Part shown: piece after piece, positions 1-12,799 of the stretch
Layout: every line of letters starts with the position of its first letter
Numbering within the stretch: the first letter of the stretch is position 1
Origin: Octopus sinensis
Lineage: Eukaryota
Reading direction: 5' to 3'
NCBI RefSeq assembly: GCF_006345805.1
Contig: NC_042998.1
Coordinates: 175,956,001 to 176,020,000, forward strand
DNA: 64,000 bases
Notes under the pieces: model-generated
Database searches by the model: none
Told to the model about the DNA's origin: nothing
What the model saw: the letters and a program-made list of their open reading frames with translations, nothing else
Position numbers and translations under genes: made by a program

Positions 1-760
1 TGAAACCCCCTCTGATACGTGGCACTTGGTCAACAAGGAAGTTCAACGCTGCTGCCCGCATCTGTGTTTCCTACCGAGAGGTAGGTTCATTTGGAACCCC
101 TGACAAGAAGAGATCCAGTTTAGTTTTAACGAAATCCACATCCACACCATGCAGGTCTCTCAGGCATTTAGAAAGGATATTGAAGACCTGTAGTCCCCTG
201 AAACCCAAACTATTGCAGTATCTGGTCCTGCATTTTGATGGTGATGTTGGGATCTTTGGCACCATGCAGTGGCGCCCCGTTCGGCTGTTGGGGTAACTTT
301 CAATGCCAAAATTCGGGACAAGGCCCTTCAGGATTTTCCAGATGTATGTCACTGCATATCTCTCCCGCCTTCGCTTCAGAGAGAAGAGTTTTAATACTTT
401 CCGTCTTTCCCAGTAACTGATATGTTGCGTTGAGACGATCTTCTTAGTGTAGCTTCGTTGGATTGCTTCGAGTTCTGCCGTTAACTTTATATTGTGTGGT
501 GACCATTGTTGGGAGCAGTAGCCCAAGCGGCTGAGGACGAATGTCTTCCAAAGGACCATCAGTGTCTCCTCTCTTGTTCTGAAAGTTCGGAGGATCCATC
601 CAGCTAGCCGTCTGCATTTTATAACCAAATTGGCAATATGCACTTGGAAAAATGCATCATTGCTCATGTCAATGCCCAGGTCACGCACTGATTTTGACTC
701 AGGAATTGCAATTCTTCCCGGACCAGTGTATCGAGTCTGCATGTCGTTCAGCTTTCTGTG
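1..760 (-). mobile_element. CR1/L2-group LINE, 3' fragment (RT thumb/C-terminal region)
   Basis: ORF 71..847(-) reads WILRTF...LWKTFVLSRLGYCSQQWSP...LEAIQRSYTKKI...SYWERRKVLKLFSLKRRRERY, the typical post-RT C-terminus of CR1/L2-group ORF2. Confidence 0.85.
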
Positions 761-867
761 CCGGTAGCACAGGGCTTGCATTAAACTGCATGTTGTTGTC
801 CTTAGCCCACCTGTATATTGTATCCAACTGCCGTTGCAGATGTGCATATATACATATGTATATATGT

Positions 868-1050
<183 letters not shown>

Positions 1051-1062
1051 TACATAAACATG

Positions 1063-1650
1063 CGAATATAAACAAGAAGGGTAGTAATATTATTTACGAC
1101 CAGGTGCCCAGCACAAAAGACGAATTAGTCATAAGACAAAAATATTATTCATATAGAAAAATATTATTCATGTAGTTATACAATTAAGGACTCCTAAATA
1201 AAGATGCCGAGTGCTGGGAACACAAAAAGGGGATGAATTTATCGAGAGTGAAAATCAAAAACGTTTACCGATAACTTTAACAACTCGTACCGCGGTTTCT
1301 GCTTCTTTCTAGCAAAACACAGAATATGTTTGCTAAGGCCAGCTTCATCAGCGAGTCGCCTAAATTTAATCGAGGTCTGCAGCGATGTGGGACTATGTGT
1401 TGAACCCGACTACTAGCAGATCTTAACTTTTCAAATCTCTGCGCAGACGCAAAAATAATATTACTACCCTTCTTGTTTATATTCGCATACTACATGATGG
1501 ATTTATTCGTAAAATTCTTCCCGGCATGCCCGTGTAAATTTTGCGTCTGCGCAGAGATTTGAAAAGTTAAGATCTGCTAGTAGTCGGGTTCAACACATAG
1601 TCCCACATCGCTGCAGACCTCGATTAAATTTAGGCGACTCGCTGATGAAG
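1063..1650 (-). mobile_element. Non-autonomous hammerhead-bearing retroelement (retrozyme/PLE-derived) with 15-bp TSD
   Basis: ctatacataaacatg occurs at 1048-1062 and 1651-1665. A 36-bp inverted repeat lies at 1060-1095/1453-1488 and a 114-bp perfect inverted repeat at 1341-1454/1539-1652. An HHR motif lies at 1282-1357(-). Confidence 0.75.
1282..1357 (-). ncRNA. Type I hammerhead ribozyme motif (minimal, palindromic stem III)
   Basis: Minus strand: GACTCG-CTGATGA-AGCT..(internal hairpin TTAGCAAA/TTTGCTAG)..AGCA-GAAA-CCGCG-GTA-CGAGTT. Stem I is GACTCG/CGAGTT, stem III palindrome is ACCGCGGT, cleavage triplet GUA. The first stem II pair is an A.A mismatch. Confidence 0.75.
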
Positions 1651-1751
1651 CTATACATAAACATGTATAGATATACATCCGTATATATACATATATATAT
1701 ATACAAACATATATACATATAAATTTTTATATATACATCTATACATATACT

Positions 1752-1827
<76 letters not shown>

Positions 1828-1830
1828 TGT

Positions 1831-2630
1831 ATTAAAAGAAATAAGGTACTCAGAAATTTGGATGGTTTTATATTTACAGATTTTAATAAATATGTCACAT
1901 ATTTTTAGAAAACATATATCAGCGCTTGCATCCACTCTAGTGGATTCTTCAGATTTGAATTTTTTGAGGAAATTCGTCTCTTTTTATAGTACTATTGAGT
2001 GTGTAGGGGTGGAGAGAGATATAGGATAGTAAAAGAGAGTGAGGAATATGGAGAAAGTGACTGAGAGTGCGTGTGTGTGTGTGTGTGTGCTTTGTATCTG
2101 AAAGAAGTGTCAATGGAAAAGAGAAGGAAAGAAAGAAGGAAGAGAGAAAGAAGAAAAATGTGCTTATATCTATACAGCTTGTCAGTTCTTTCAATAGAAA
2201 TTGATTCTTGGCCTTTAAAAATGGCAAAACCAGGTGGCTACTCCAAGAGTAGGGTTCTTGTTTTGATAAAAGTTATTTTTCAAAAATTTCATCATTGTCC
2301 AGTGAGAGAGAGAGTGTGTGTGTGTGTGTGTTTTGTGTGGGTGTGTGGGTGTATGTGTGCGTGCATGTGTGTGTGTGTGTGTGTGTATGAGAAAGAGAGC
2401 CTGTGTATCTGAAAGAAGTGTCAATGGAAAAGTGAAGGAAGAAAGTAAGAAGAAAAATTGTGTTTACATCTATACCGCTGTCAATTCTTTCAATCGAATG
2501 TTTGATTCTCGCGCTGGTAAGGGTTGGAGAATCTGGATGTAAGATTGTTTCTATTTTTGTATATGCACATATGTATAGTACTGTGTGTGTGTGTGTGTGT
2601 TTAATACAATTTACTTTACAAGAAACACTC
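1831..2630 (-). repeat. Left arm of ~800-bp imperfect inverted repeat (PLE pseudo-LTR-like modules)
   Basis: Reverse complement aligns block by block with ~3900-4740. It contains CTGAAGA-ATCCAC-loop-GTGGAT-GCAA-GCGCT at 1913-1957(-). Confidence 0.8.
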
Positions 2631-2929
2631 CCTGCTGTAGCCACCTGGTTTTGCCGTTTTTATAGGTCAAGAATCACTTTCTATTGAAAGAACTGACCAG
2701 CTGTATAGATGTAAGCACATTTCTTCTTCTTTCTCTCTTCCTTCTTTCTTTCCTTCTCTTTGACACTCTTTCAGATACAAAGGCACACACAAACACACAC
2801 GCGCGCTCTCTCTCTCTCTTACTTTCTCCCCATTCCTCACCCTCTTTTACTATCATATATCTCTCTCCACCCACACACACTCAATAATACTATAAAAAGA
2901 AACGAATCTCCTCAAGAAATCCAAATCAG

Positions 2930-3900
2930 ATCCACAAACAGAGGATACCACAAATACAGAAAACATCATAGGAATACTTCAGCTTTGAATATTTTGAGGA
3001 GATTCGTCTCTTTTTTTTAGTATTATTGAGTGTAGTATTATTGGGCGGAGAGATATAGGAAAGTAAAAGAAGGTGGGGAATGGGGAGAAAATGAGAGTGT
3101 GCGCGCGCGCGTGTGCTTTTGTATCTGAAAGAGGTGTCAATAGAAAAGAGAAGGAAAGACAGAAGGAAGAGAAAAAAAAGAAAAACGGAATCTCATGAGC
3201 AATGAAACTAGACATCACATAACTCAGAACTCCAAAAGCGAGAAACAAAGAAAACCTCATCCCTTTCATAAACACTCATAACCCTGGAATTACCAACATG
3301 TTTCAAATTATACATTCAAACTTAACAATAGTCCTACAAAGCCCCAAAATGGGAAACATATTAAACAAATATTGCATAAAAAACAGTAAACACCAAGAGA
3401 AAAACCTGAAGAAACAACTAACAAGAGCGAAATTGTCATCAGAGACTAAAACCGAATTCTTTGTAAAAGAGTGTGGAGAAGGTAGATGTGGGATCTGCAG
3501 TAACCCCATCTACAAATATATAGAGGGAAACAAACAAATGAAATTTAAGAGTGGTCACACATTCAAAGTAAATGCAGACATGACTTGCAAGGCGCAGAAC
3601 GTCATATACTGCATAACCTACCTCACATGCAAGGGGAATTATATAGGCAAAACTAGAAATTCTTTATGCCAACCATCCAGAATTCACCTACAACATGTCC
3701 GACAGGAGGAACTGCGAGAGATTCCACTGAGTAAACACTTAGATACATATGGAGAGGGAAAATTTAGGATCTTTCCCTTCTATAAATGCCCAAGGAATGA
3801 CACCTGCTTCAGGAAAAATATGGAAAAATACTTCATAACAAAGTTCTCCTCCAAACTAAATAGCTGAAAATATTTCTGTAATGATTTGTACTGGATGAAG
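2930..3900 (+). mobile_element. Penelope-like element 3' fragment: RT-EN linker and GIY-YIG endonuclease
   Basis: Reads AMKLDIT*LRTPKARNKENLIPFINTHNP, then ORF 3298..3867 with NLKKQLTRAKL, CGEGRCGIC and NVIYCITYLTCKGNYIGKT..L....IHL (GIY-YIG). It is interrupted by an inverted ~200-bp module at ~2990-3185. Confidence 0.85.
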
Positions 3901-3958
3901 GAGCAATTTTGTAAAGTAAATCGTATTAAACACACACACACACACACACACAGACACA

Positions 3959-4001
<43 letters not shown>

Positions 4002-4740
4002 CGCTATACATATGTGCATACACATAAATAGTAACAATCTTACATCCAGATTCTCCCACCCATGCCAGCACGGGAATCAAACATTGGATTGAAAGAACTG
4101 AACAGCGGTATAGATGTAAACACAATTTTTCTTCTTATATTCTTCCCTCTTTCTTTCCTTCTCTTTCCATTGACACTCCTTTCAGATACACAGGTACACA
4201 CACCACACACGCGCGCGCACACATACACACACACACACACTCTCTCTCTCACCTGGACAATGATGAAAAGAAATCCAGACAATTTTTTGAAAAATAACTT
4301 TTATCAAAACAAGAAACACCCCCCGTGGATTAGCCACCTGATTTTGCCATTTTTAAAGGCCAAGAATCACTTTCTACTAAAAGAAATGAACAGCGGTATA
4401 GATGCAAACCCAATTTTTCTTCTTACTTTCTTCCTTCTTTCTTTCCTTCTCTTTTCCATTGACACTCTTTTCAGATACAAAGGCACACACACACACACAC
4501 GCACTTTCACTCACTTTCTTCACATTCCTCACCCTCTTTTACTATCCTATATCTCTCACCACCCCTACACACTCAATAATACTATAAAAAGAGACGAATT
4601 TCCTCAAAAAATTCAAATCTGAAGAATCCACTGGAGTGGATGCAAGCGCTGATATATGATTTATAAAAATATGTGACATATTTATAAAAATCTGTAAATA
4701 TAAAACCATCCAGATTTCTGAGTACCTCATTTCTTCTAAT
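3900..4740 (+). repeat. Right arm of ~800-bp imperfect inverted repeat with degenerate HHR-like motif (4614-4658)
   Basis: Mirror of 1831-2630. Motif reads CAAAT-CTGAAGA-ATCCAC tgga GTGGAT-GCAA-GCGCT-G-ATATATG. Confidence 0.8.
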
Positions 4741-4766
4741 ATATAATACCTGTACATCATTTCCAA

Positions 4767-4805
<39 letters not shown>

Positions 4806-4933
4806 TATATATGATATATGTATATATGTGTGTGTGGTGTATACAACTTCATCCTCATATACACATAGGCGTTTGCATGCATAAACGTATCATAATATAA
4901 TTTAGATATTTATACTTAGCCCTAAATATACAC

Positions 4934-4981
<48 letters not shown>

Positions 4982-5215
4982 GTATACATTCACACTCCCG
5001 CATACACGTTTCCTATCAAATATGCCGCGAAATAGCCTTTAAATCTTGAATGACCACATATATGTGGTTATAGACGATTTAAAGTTTATTTCCCGACATA
5101 TTTGGCATAGGAATTTTTTCTCTTTTTGCGCTTATTTATAAGTTATTTATAAGTTTCACCTGAAAAGTTATTTTTTTAATATGCTGGGCACTGATAAATT
5201 TTTTGAAAATTTTAT

Positions 5216-5276
<61 letters not shown>

Positions 5277-5434
5277 GTTTGTGTGTGTTATATATACATA
5301 TACATCCTCCTATCACACACCTACACCAGTACATATACAAACATGTGCATATTCGTGTAATGAAAGGGACCTGTGCATGAAAGTCGCACTGATGCACTGG
5401 ACACAGTCTTACACACCTAAACATATATATGTAC

Positions 5435-5499
<65 letters not shown>

Positions 5500-5506
<7 letters not shown>

Positions 5507-6410
5507 CACTAATGTTAGACCGCAAATTTATAACGACATTCATAACAAGCTAGTATCATCCTCGCTAGGTTTAAATTAGATGAAAAAAATAGAGAACCTT
5601 TCAAAAAAGAGGCCTTTATAACTATTAAGAACCATATTAAGAACTTGCTATCTAATCCTAAGTGCAGAGTAATTAACCCCGCAAAATTAGAAATTGGTAT
5701 AATTAGTAAGGCAATTTTAAGAAAAATCAATGCTAAAGTGAGAGGGGCAACTAATTTAGTACAATGGTCCAATAATATAGAAATTATTAACTGGTTTAAA
5801 GCAATTAGAAATAAGAATAAAGGAAGATTTACGCAATTTGATATTGTAGATTTCTATGCTTTTATTTCTAGAAAACTGCTTGATTAAGCCCTCGCTTCCC
5901 CAAGCGATTTTACAGAGATTAGTGAACAAGATAACGATATAATCCTCCATGCTAGAAAGACCTTACTCTTCAGCGAGAACACAGAGTGAGTCAAGACAGC
6001 AGACACAGAGGGTTCTTTCGATGTGAACATGGGGTCATATGATGGAGCGGGCATATGCGATCTCATTGGGCTGTTCCTGCTTGAGGCATTAGGCAAAGCT
6101 TTTCCTGGTGTTTATTTCACTATTTATAGGGAAGATGTTCTAGTTTTAGCTAAGAATACAAATGGACCTGCGCAAGATCGGTTAAGGAAAGATATTATCC
6201 ATCATATGAAAACATTCGATCTTAGCACAACAATAGACACCAGCCTGACGGTTGTCAATTTCCTTGAAGTATCTCTAGAATATTTACAAATCCTATAGAA
6301 AACCCTACAGAAAGACTTTGTGTGGGTTAATGGGGTTCCTGCCACCTGCCCCATAGCGTTTAAGAATTTAGTTAAAAATATTAGTAAGAGAATTTCAATG
6401 ATTTAATACA
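5500..6410 (+). mobile_element. Penelope-like element RT fragment, Naiad-like clade, degenerate
   Basis: Reads NPKCRVINPAKLEIG, FTQFDIVDFYAFIS, FDVNMGSYDGAGICDLIGLFLL, IYREDVL and VNFLEVSL. This resembles the FDIVDFYPSI / MGSYDGAE.CELVG / YRDDGL signature I recall for Naiad PLEs. In-frame stops are present. Confidence 0.75.
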
Positions 6411-6930
6411 TACATACATACATACATACATACATACATACATACATACATACATACATACATACATACATACATACAACATGCATACATACATATTTAC
6501 ATATATGCATACCTTAAATTAAGAGTAGGCTATGGTATTTTACCTTAGTGATAAGACATGTGTTTCAATACTTAATTTGGGATTTGTCAGCTTCTCTGCA
6601 CCCACTTTTATTGTCCACAGGGAGACTGTATATACATATATGCATATAAATGTATATGCATGTATACATACATATATATATATATATATATACCTACCTC
6701 CACACATACAAACACACACACATGCTTATATATAAATAGGAACGTCATTATTTCTAAATCTCTCAACGAGAGACATTCAGTAACAAGTTGCCATATTATG
6801 TTGGCAAATAATCTTTACTATATATATATATAAGGTTATATATATACACATTCATTCATATATATGCATGCATGCATACATAGATACATACGTACATACA
6901 TACATATATGTGCGTATGCTTGTGTGTTTT

Positions 6931-7018
<88 letters not shown>

Positions 7019-8009
7019 CATACATTAATACACACATATATAAGTTTGTATTTATATATATATATATACATTCAAGTGAGTGGGGCGTGTGAGTGATGTG
7101 TGTAAGGGCGTCTGCATGTATGACTACGTATGTGTAAATGATAAAACGGTGTAGCGTAGCATTCAGTCTTTTCCGAAGGCATTCTTAACGGAAGTAAATG
7201 AAATGGTTAGAAGGAATCAAAACCGAGTCGCAAAATGAGCTCAGCAGACATTTATTTCTATACCGTAACGTTCGCCAACCTGATTTTGGAATATTAAAGT
7301 ACATTGAAAGCTTTAATGTTCCAGAAAATGAGAAGATTATAGACGTTTGACTTCTTTTGGTTGAAAACCAAACATCAAATTTATTTAGGGCAAATTCTGC
7401 AGCCAATCGTATTGCTTCTCAGCAAAACGTCACGTTAGCTGACTACTCTTTATTCTGTTGTTCAGTAACATACACTTTGTTACATTGTTCAGTTAGTAAT
7501 TGCTTCAGTGAATATCTTTGTTGTTATTGCTGTTATTCACAGAATGTAGAAGGAAATGGATAGTGGAATTGGTAGAACGCCAACCGAAATGCACCTTGCA
7601 GTAGTATTTTGCGTGTATTCTTTTACCTTTTGATTTCAATTACCGCCGGAATCAACACTGTAGGATACTCTTAGTGGCTATTCGATCTGATTGGAATAGT
7701 GGCCAAATTTCCCTCAAACCACACCTTAGAATCTAAAAAAATATAAGGACACATTAATCAATATACAGATTGACAACACGATCGCGGCTTTGAATAGTTA
7801 ATTCCATCAAAGTTGATCTGGGAGTTGAACAAACAAAAGTGACATCTTTCCTCATCATTACCTTTCACTTTCCAGAAAGTCGAGAAAATATGTACCTGTC
7901 AAGTATTGAACTCACACATTAATTACACATTCAGTCAGAAGAAATATGGCATTGTACCAAATATATAAATCATTATTTATCTGAGTTCAGTAGGGAATTA
8001 GGATTGAGT

Positions 8010-8385
8010 TCAGTCTTACTATGTGGCACCTTGGGCAAAAATCTTCGTTTAAAGACCTGGACCAACCAAAGACCGATGAATAGATTTGGATGAGAGAACT
8101 AAAAGATTCCTGTCGTATATGTATATGAGTGTGGGTTTATGCGTTTTGGGGTGTCTATGTCTTGAGATCGCTCAACAGTTGTAAATGAACATCATCGTTA
8201 TACAAACGGTGTCATTCGTTTTCAATCTTCCATTCAAACATGTCTGGGCATGTGGAAATATTACCTTATATGAAAACAGGTTGGGGTTAGCAATAGCAAG
8301 GGTATCTAGCTGCTGAAAATCTGCTTCAATGAATTCCGTCTGATCCATGCAATCATGAAAAACTGGATGTTAACACGGTGGTGAT
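8010..8385 (+). mobile_element. Degenerate tRNA-derived SINE (CORE-like ggcaccttgggcaa box)
   Basis: gagttcagtc...gtggcaccttgggcaa matches the younger copies at 24.3, 35.0 and 61.1 kb, but the 3' tail differs. Confidence 0.55.
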
Positions 8386-8787
8386 TATTTAACAGTAGTT
8401 TTGGAACGGTTTCATAATAATTAATGATCTACGTTTCCTATAATATATAAAGCAATCTATTTTACAGACTGGTAAAGACTAATAATTTTAATTGCAGGTT
8501 TGTGACGATGTGAATTATAATGAACTGAATAAAGTATTGAATATAATCCAAGGGAGTGGAATAATATATATTGAAAGTTGCGAGTGACTGTGTGAAGTTT
8601 GTAAGGACATGAACGAAAACGAAAATCTCTCATTTGCGACTCATACAAACTCAGCTTTGAATCAATGTCATACGTTATATATAGCCTTCCTCTCTCTCTC
8701 TCTCTCTGTATACGTGAATACATAAGGGAGAATATATGCCCTGTATTTCATATATATTCTCCTTTTCCCTGTGTGTGTGTATTCACC

Positions 8788-9940
8788 TCTCTCTATATAA
8801 ACGGCAGTTTGTCTGTCTGTGTGTCTGTGTGTCTGTCAGGTTGTACCCTCACCCTGACCACGGCCTTCAACCGATTCTGATGGAACTTGACACACACATA
8901 GCCCAATGTCATAATTCAAAACTAACGCAGCGAAACTTTTGAAAAGTTCTCCCAGTTCTGAAAAAATCGATAAATTCGACATGGGATCGAGAATCTGAGC
9001 TTTTTATATGCAACGCATTTTCTGTTGTAGCTTTCGCAACTTGCAATCGATTTTCACCAAACTCATGGTGAAGCTTAATGTTACCCTAAGAAACTTAATT
9101 CTGACGTTAGTTTTCCATGCAATACCTTACCATCAGAAAAAAAATCGATAAAATCATGCCATTTTGGGAAATCGCGTTCAAATTCAAGATGACATATTTT
9201 CGACAATATCTTTCACAAATTGACAGGAATTTTAAAAAAATTCACAGCGAGCATCATGTCTACTCCAAGGAGCTATATGGTCCTTTTTATTCCAATAGGA
9301 TACTCTATCACTGGAAAAAATCGGTTAATTAAATCATATGTGGCACACATAGCGAACCGATTTGTGTATTAAACACAAACCACAGACTGTCTAGGGGATG
9401 CAACTCGACCTTTTTAACTCTCGGAACACGTGGGGTAAGTATCCCAAAATGTATAAAAATGTACAAAAACGGCAAAAAAGCGGGCAGCAACGTGAGTGAC
9501 AACAACGAAAAAGTGACCAAACTGAACAACGAATGGAAAAGGTTTTTTGGTGCACACGACAAAAGCGGTTTATAATAAATAAACCAAGAGTTTGCAAGTA
9601 GCGTCCGAGGACCCTTAGGGTACGTCAAAAATTTAAGGTAAAACGTTTGGGGTGGTAGTTATAAAGAAAGTTTAAACAAAAAAAGTATTCGAATAACTTG
9701 CGGCTGCATCAGCTATTAGCAGAAGTGGTTGGGGGTAAAGTCTTGAATGTAATTTCTTCCTGGTAGGAATTGGTTGGGTTGAATTATCGATAGCTGTTTG
9801 ATAGTTATTTGGGAGTGAAGAGAAGACATTGCAACCTACACATGCTCCTTCGTTCCCTAGAGGGAAATGACTAGATTGGGATTAGTCGTTGCCTACTAGG
9901 GGCTCTTACATACCCGGGCAACGCCGGGCTATGCTGCTAG
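8788..9940 (+). mobile_element. Non-autonomous Helitron/Helentron-type element
   Basis: 5' TCTCTCTATATAAA followed by a (CTGT/GTGT) microsatellite. 3' GC hairpin CCCGG-GCAACG-CCGGG (9913-9928) followed by CTAG|T at 9937-9941. No coding capacity. Confidence 0.7.
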
Positions 9941-10106
9941 TGTATATATGTATATATATATATATGTATATATATATATAATATATAATATATATATATA
10001 TATAATATATATATAATATATATATATATTATATATATATATATATACAAATCAGGTGCGAAAAGTGAAGGTAGATTTATTTATACATATGTTATACATA
10101 TAGTTT

Positions 10107-10261
10107 CCAAATGGTTACAGCCGTTTCGTAACATTCTTCGTATAGCATTAATTTCGATATGCAAACAATTATATGTTCATGTTTGCATCAGCATTATAGA
10201 ATATAAATATATATTCATTAATGAATGCAAACAACAGAAAGTTCACTCATCAGATCATCGG
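10107..10261 (-). ncRNA. Type I hammerhead ribozyme motif with long stem II insertion
   Basis: Minus strand: CCGATGAT-CTGATGA-GTGAAC..~108 nt..GTTAC-GAAA-CGGCT-GTA-ACCATTTGG. The core is intact, stem I is imperfect, and stem III is near-palindromic (ACGGCTGT). Confidence 0.55.
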
Positions 10262-10339
10262 AGCACAGTCACATCAACGCTTATGTGCATCTGTAAATTT
10301 ATGACTGCTTTACATTATAAATTAATATTGTATGCAATC

Positions 10340-10557
10340 TATTACGAAATAAAATCTGATGCACCATACATACATACATACATACATACATACATACATA
10401 CATACATAATATACATACATGTATACATGCATGCATACATACATACATACATACACAGACACATACACACACATATATATATGTGCGTGTGTGTGCGCAC
10501 ACTATATATGCATATATATGTGTGTTTATGTTTGTGTAATATGCACAACACAGGGTT

Positions 10558-10601
<44 letters not shown>

Positions 10602-10686
10602 ATATGTATATATATATATGTACATATATATATGTATATATATATGTATATATATTATATATATAATGTATATATATATATATAAT

Positions 10687-10724
<38 letters not shown>

Positions 10725-10779
10725 GTATATATATATATATGTATTTGTATATATATATATATGTGTATATATATATATG

Positions 10780-10814
<35 letters not shown>

Positions 10815-10833
10815 TATATATACATATAATATA

Positions 10834-10874
<41 letters not shown>

Positions 10875-10928
10875 AATACATATATATATATATATACAAT
10901 ATATTATATATGTATTTGTATATATATA

Positions 10929-10960
<32 letters not shown>

Positions 10961-11030
10961 GATATATATGTATATGTATATGTATATATAATATATATGT
11001 AATATATATATATGTATATATATGTATATG

Positions 11031-11061
<31 letters not shown>

Positions 11062-11068
11062 TATATTA

Positions 11069-11113
<45 letters not shown>

Positions 11114-12140
11114 TATATATATATATATACATATACATATACATATACATATATATATATATACATATACATATACATATATATATATATGTATATATAT
11201 ATATAATGTATATATATATATTGTATATATATATGTATATGTATAGTATATATATATATATGTGTGTTTATGTTTGTGTAATATGCACAACACAGGGTTT
11301 GTATATATATATATATACAAATACATATATATATATATAATATATATATGTATATAATATATATATATATATGTATTTGTATATATATATATGTATTTGT
11401 ATATATATATATATATATGTATTTGTATATATATATATACAAATACATATATATATATATAGGTATATATATATATGTGTATATATATATATGTGTGTTT
11501 ATGTTTGTGTAATATGCACAACACAGGGTTTGTATATATATATATGTATTTGTATATATATATATATATGTGTGTTTATGTTTGTGTAATATGCACAACA
11601 CAGGGTTTGTATATATATATATGTGTGTATATATATATATGTATATGTATATGTATATGTATATATACATACATGCATATTACATATGCATGTATTACAC
11701 ATACACACACACATATATATATATATGTGTGTATATATATATATATGTTATATATATATATGTATTTGTATATATATATATGTGTATATATATATATGTG
11801 TATATATATATATGTTATATATATATATGTGTGTGTGTGCGCACACTATATATGCATATATATGTGTGTTTATGTTTGTGTAATATGCACAACACAGGGT
11901 TTGTATATATATATATGTATTTGTATATATATATATGTGTGTTTATGTTTGTGTAATATGCACAACACAGGGTTTGTATATATATATATGTGTGTTTATG
12001 TTTGTGTAATATGCACAACACAGGGTTTGTATATATATATATGTGTGTATATATATATATGTGTGTATATATATATATAATGTATATATATATATATTGT
12101 ATATATATATATGTTATATATATATATGTTATATATATAT
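10340..12140. repeat. (TA)n-rich VNTR containing 7 identical 42-bp blocks
   Basis: tgtgtgtttatgtttgtgtaatatgcacaacacagggtttgt recurs near 10519, 11261, 11492, 11569, 11863, 11937 and 11989, separated by variable (TA)n. Confidence 0.9.
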
Positions 12141-12399
12141 ATGTATTTGTGTACGTACCTAATTGTTGAGTTGTGATGACTCCGTATGGATGCGTGTGTT
12201 CTCTTAATGTAATGAATTTTATATACTAAAACACTGCCAAAAAAATTATAAAAAAATCTAAACAATGTGACTGCAAAGCTCCAAAAGAGAATATACATTT
12301 CTGTCCTCTTCATAGAGGGGAGGGTATCGGAGAACCAGCATGTTCAGCAAGACAGAAAAAAGAGAGAGAGAGAGAGGTTCCAGCTGGTGTGGTCTATTG

Positions 12400-12750
12400 G
12401 GTGGAAATGATAGATGACGCGATAGATGATCAGTTGCTGTCGCGGATGTCCTTTAAACTGCCCAGTGAATCTGTCAACTAATATCCCGCCAGTTTCATAA
12501 TAATGCTCTAAGTTGTATTTGAGATTCTTGGAGGTGCAATACGGCAGGTAGTGTTTGTTAAAAACGGTGAGTGATGTTAATGAGGAACGGGCAAGTGTGA
12601 CAGCGGGGTGGGGCGAATGGAAAGATCCAAGTCGGAGACCAGAGGTAGAGGAGGAGCTATGGACTTATGTGTCATGTCGGTACGCTAAAAGGACAGGGGG
12701 TATATGTCTGTGGCTTCCGTTGTGGGACATCTAACTCGACCAGTTCGCGG
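12400..12750 (-). mobile_element. Degenerate PLE GIY-YIG/linker remnant
   Basis: Minus-strand translation across frameshifts gives YPPVLLAYRH, TCPFL and YYETGGILVDRF, resembling PLE PPILAYRR / C..CP / YIGET.R.L.DRF. Confidence 0.5.
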
Positions 12751-12799
12751 TGCCAGCATTTTCAGAAACTATAGGCCATTGTACTTTGCCTCAATGATC

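Noticed and set aside
3885-3915. ctggatgaaggagcaatt after the GIY-YIG stop as an HHR
   Set aside because: Only a mutated 5' half is present and it is truncated at the junction with the inverted arm.
5987-5989. In-frame TGA in the Naiad-like RT as possible selenocysteine
   Set aside because: It falls at the position of a normally conserved Trp (E-W-V-K) in a copy that has other stops, so a TGG-to-TGA nonsense change is the simpler explanation.
10519-12030. CRISPR-like repeated 42-bp block
   Set aside because: The spacers are variable (TA)n rather than unique sequences of constant length, there are no cas genes, and the context is eukaryotic.
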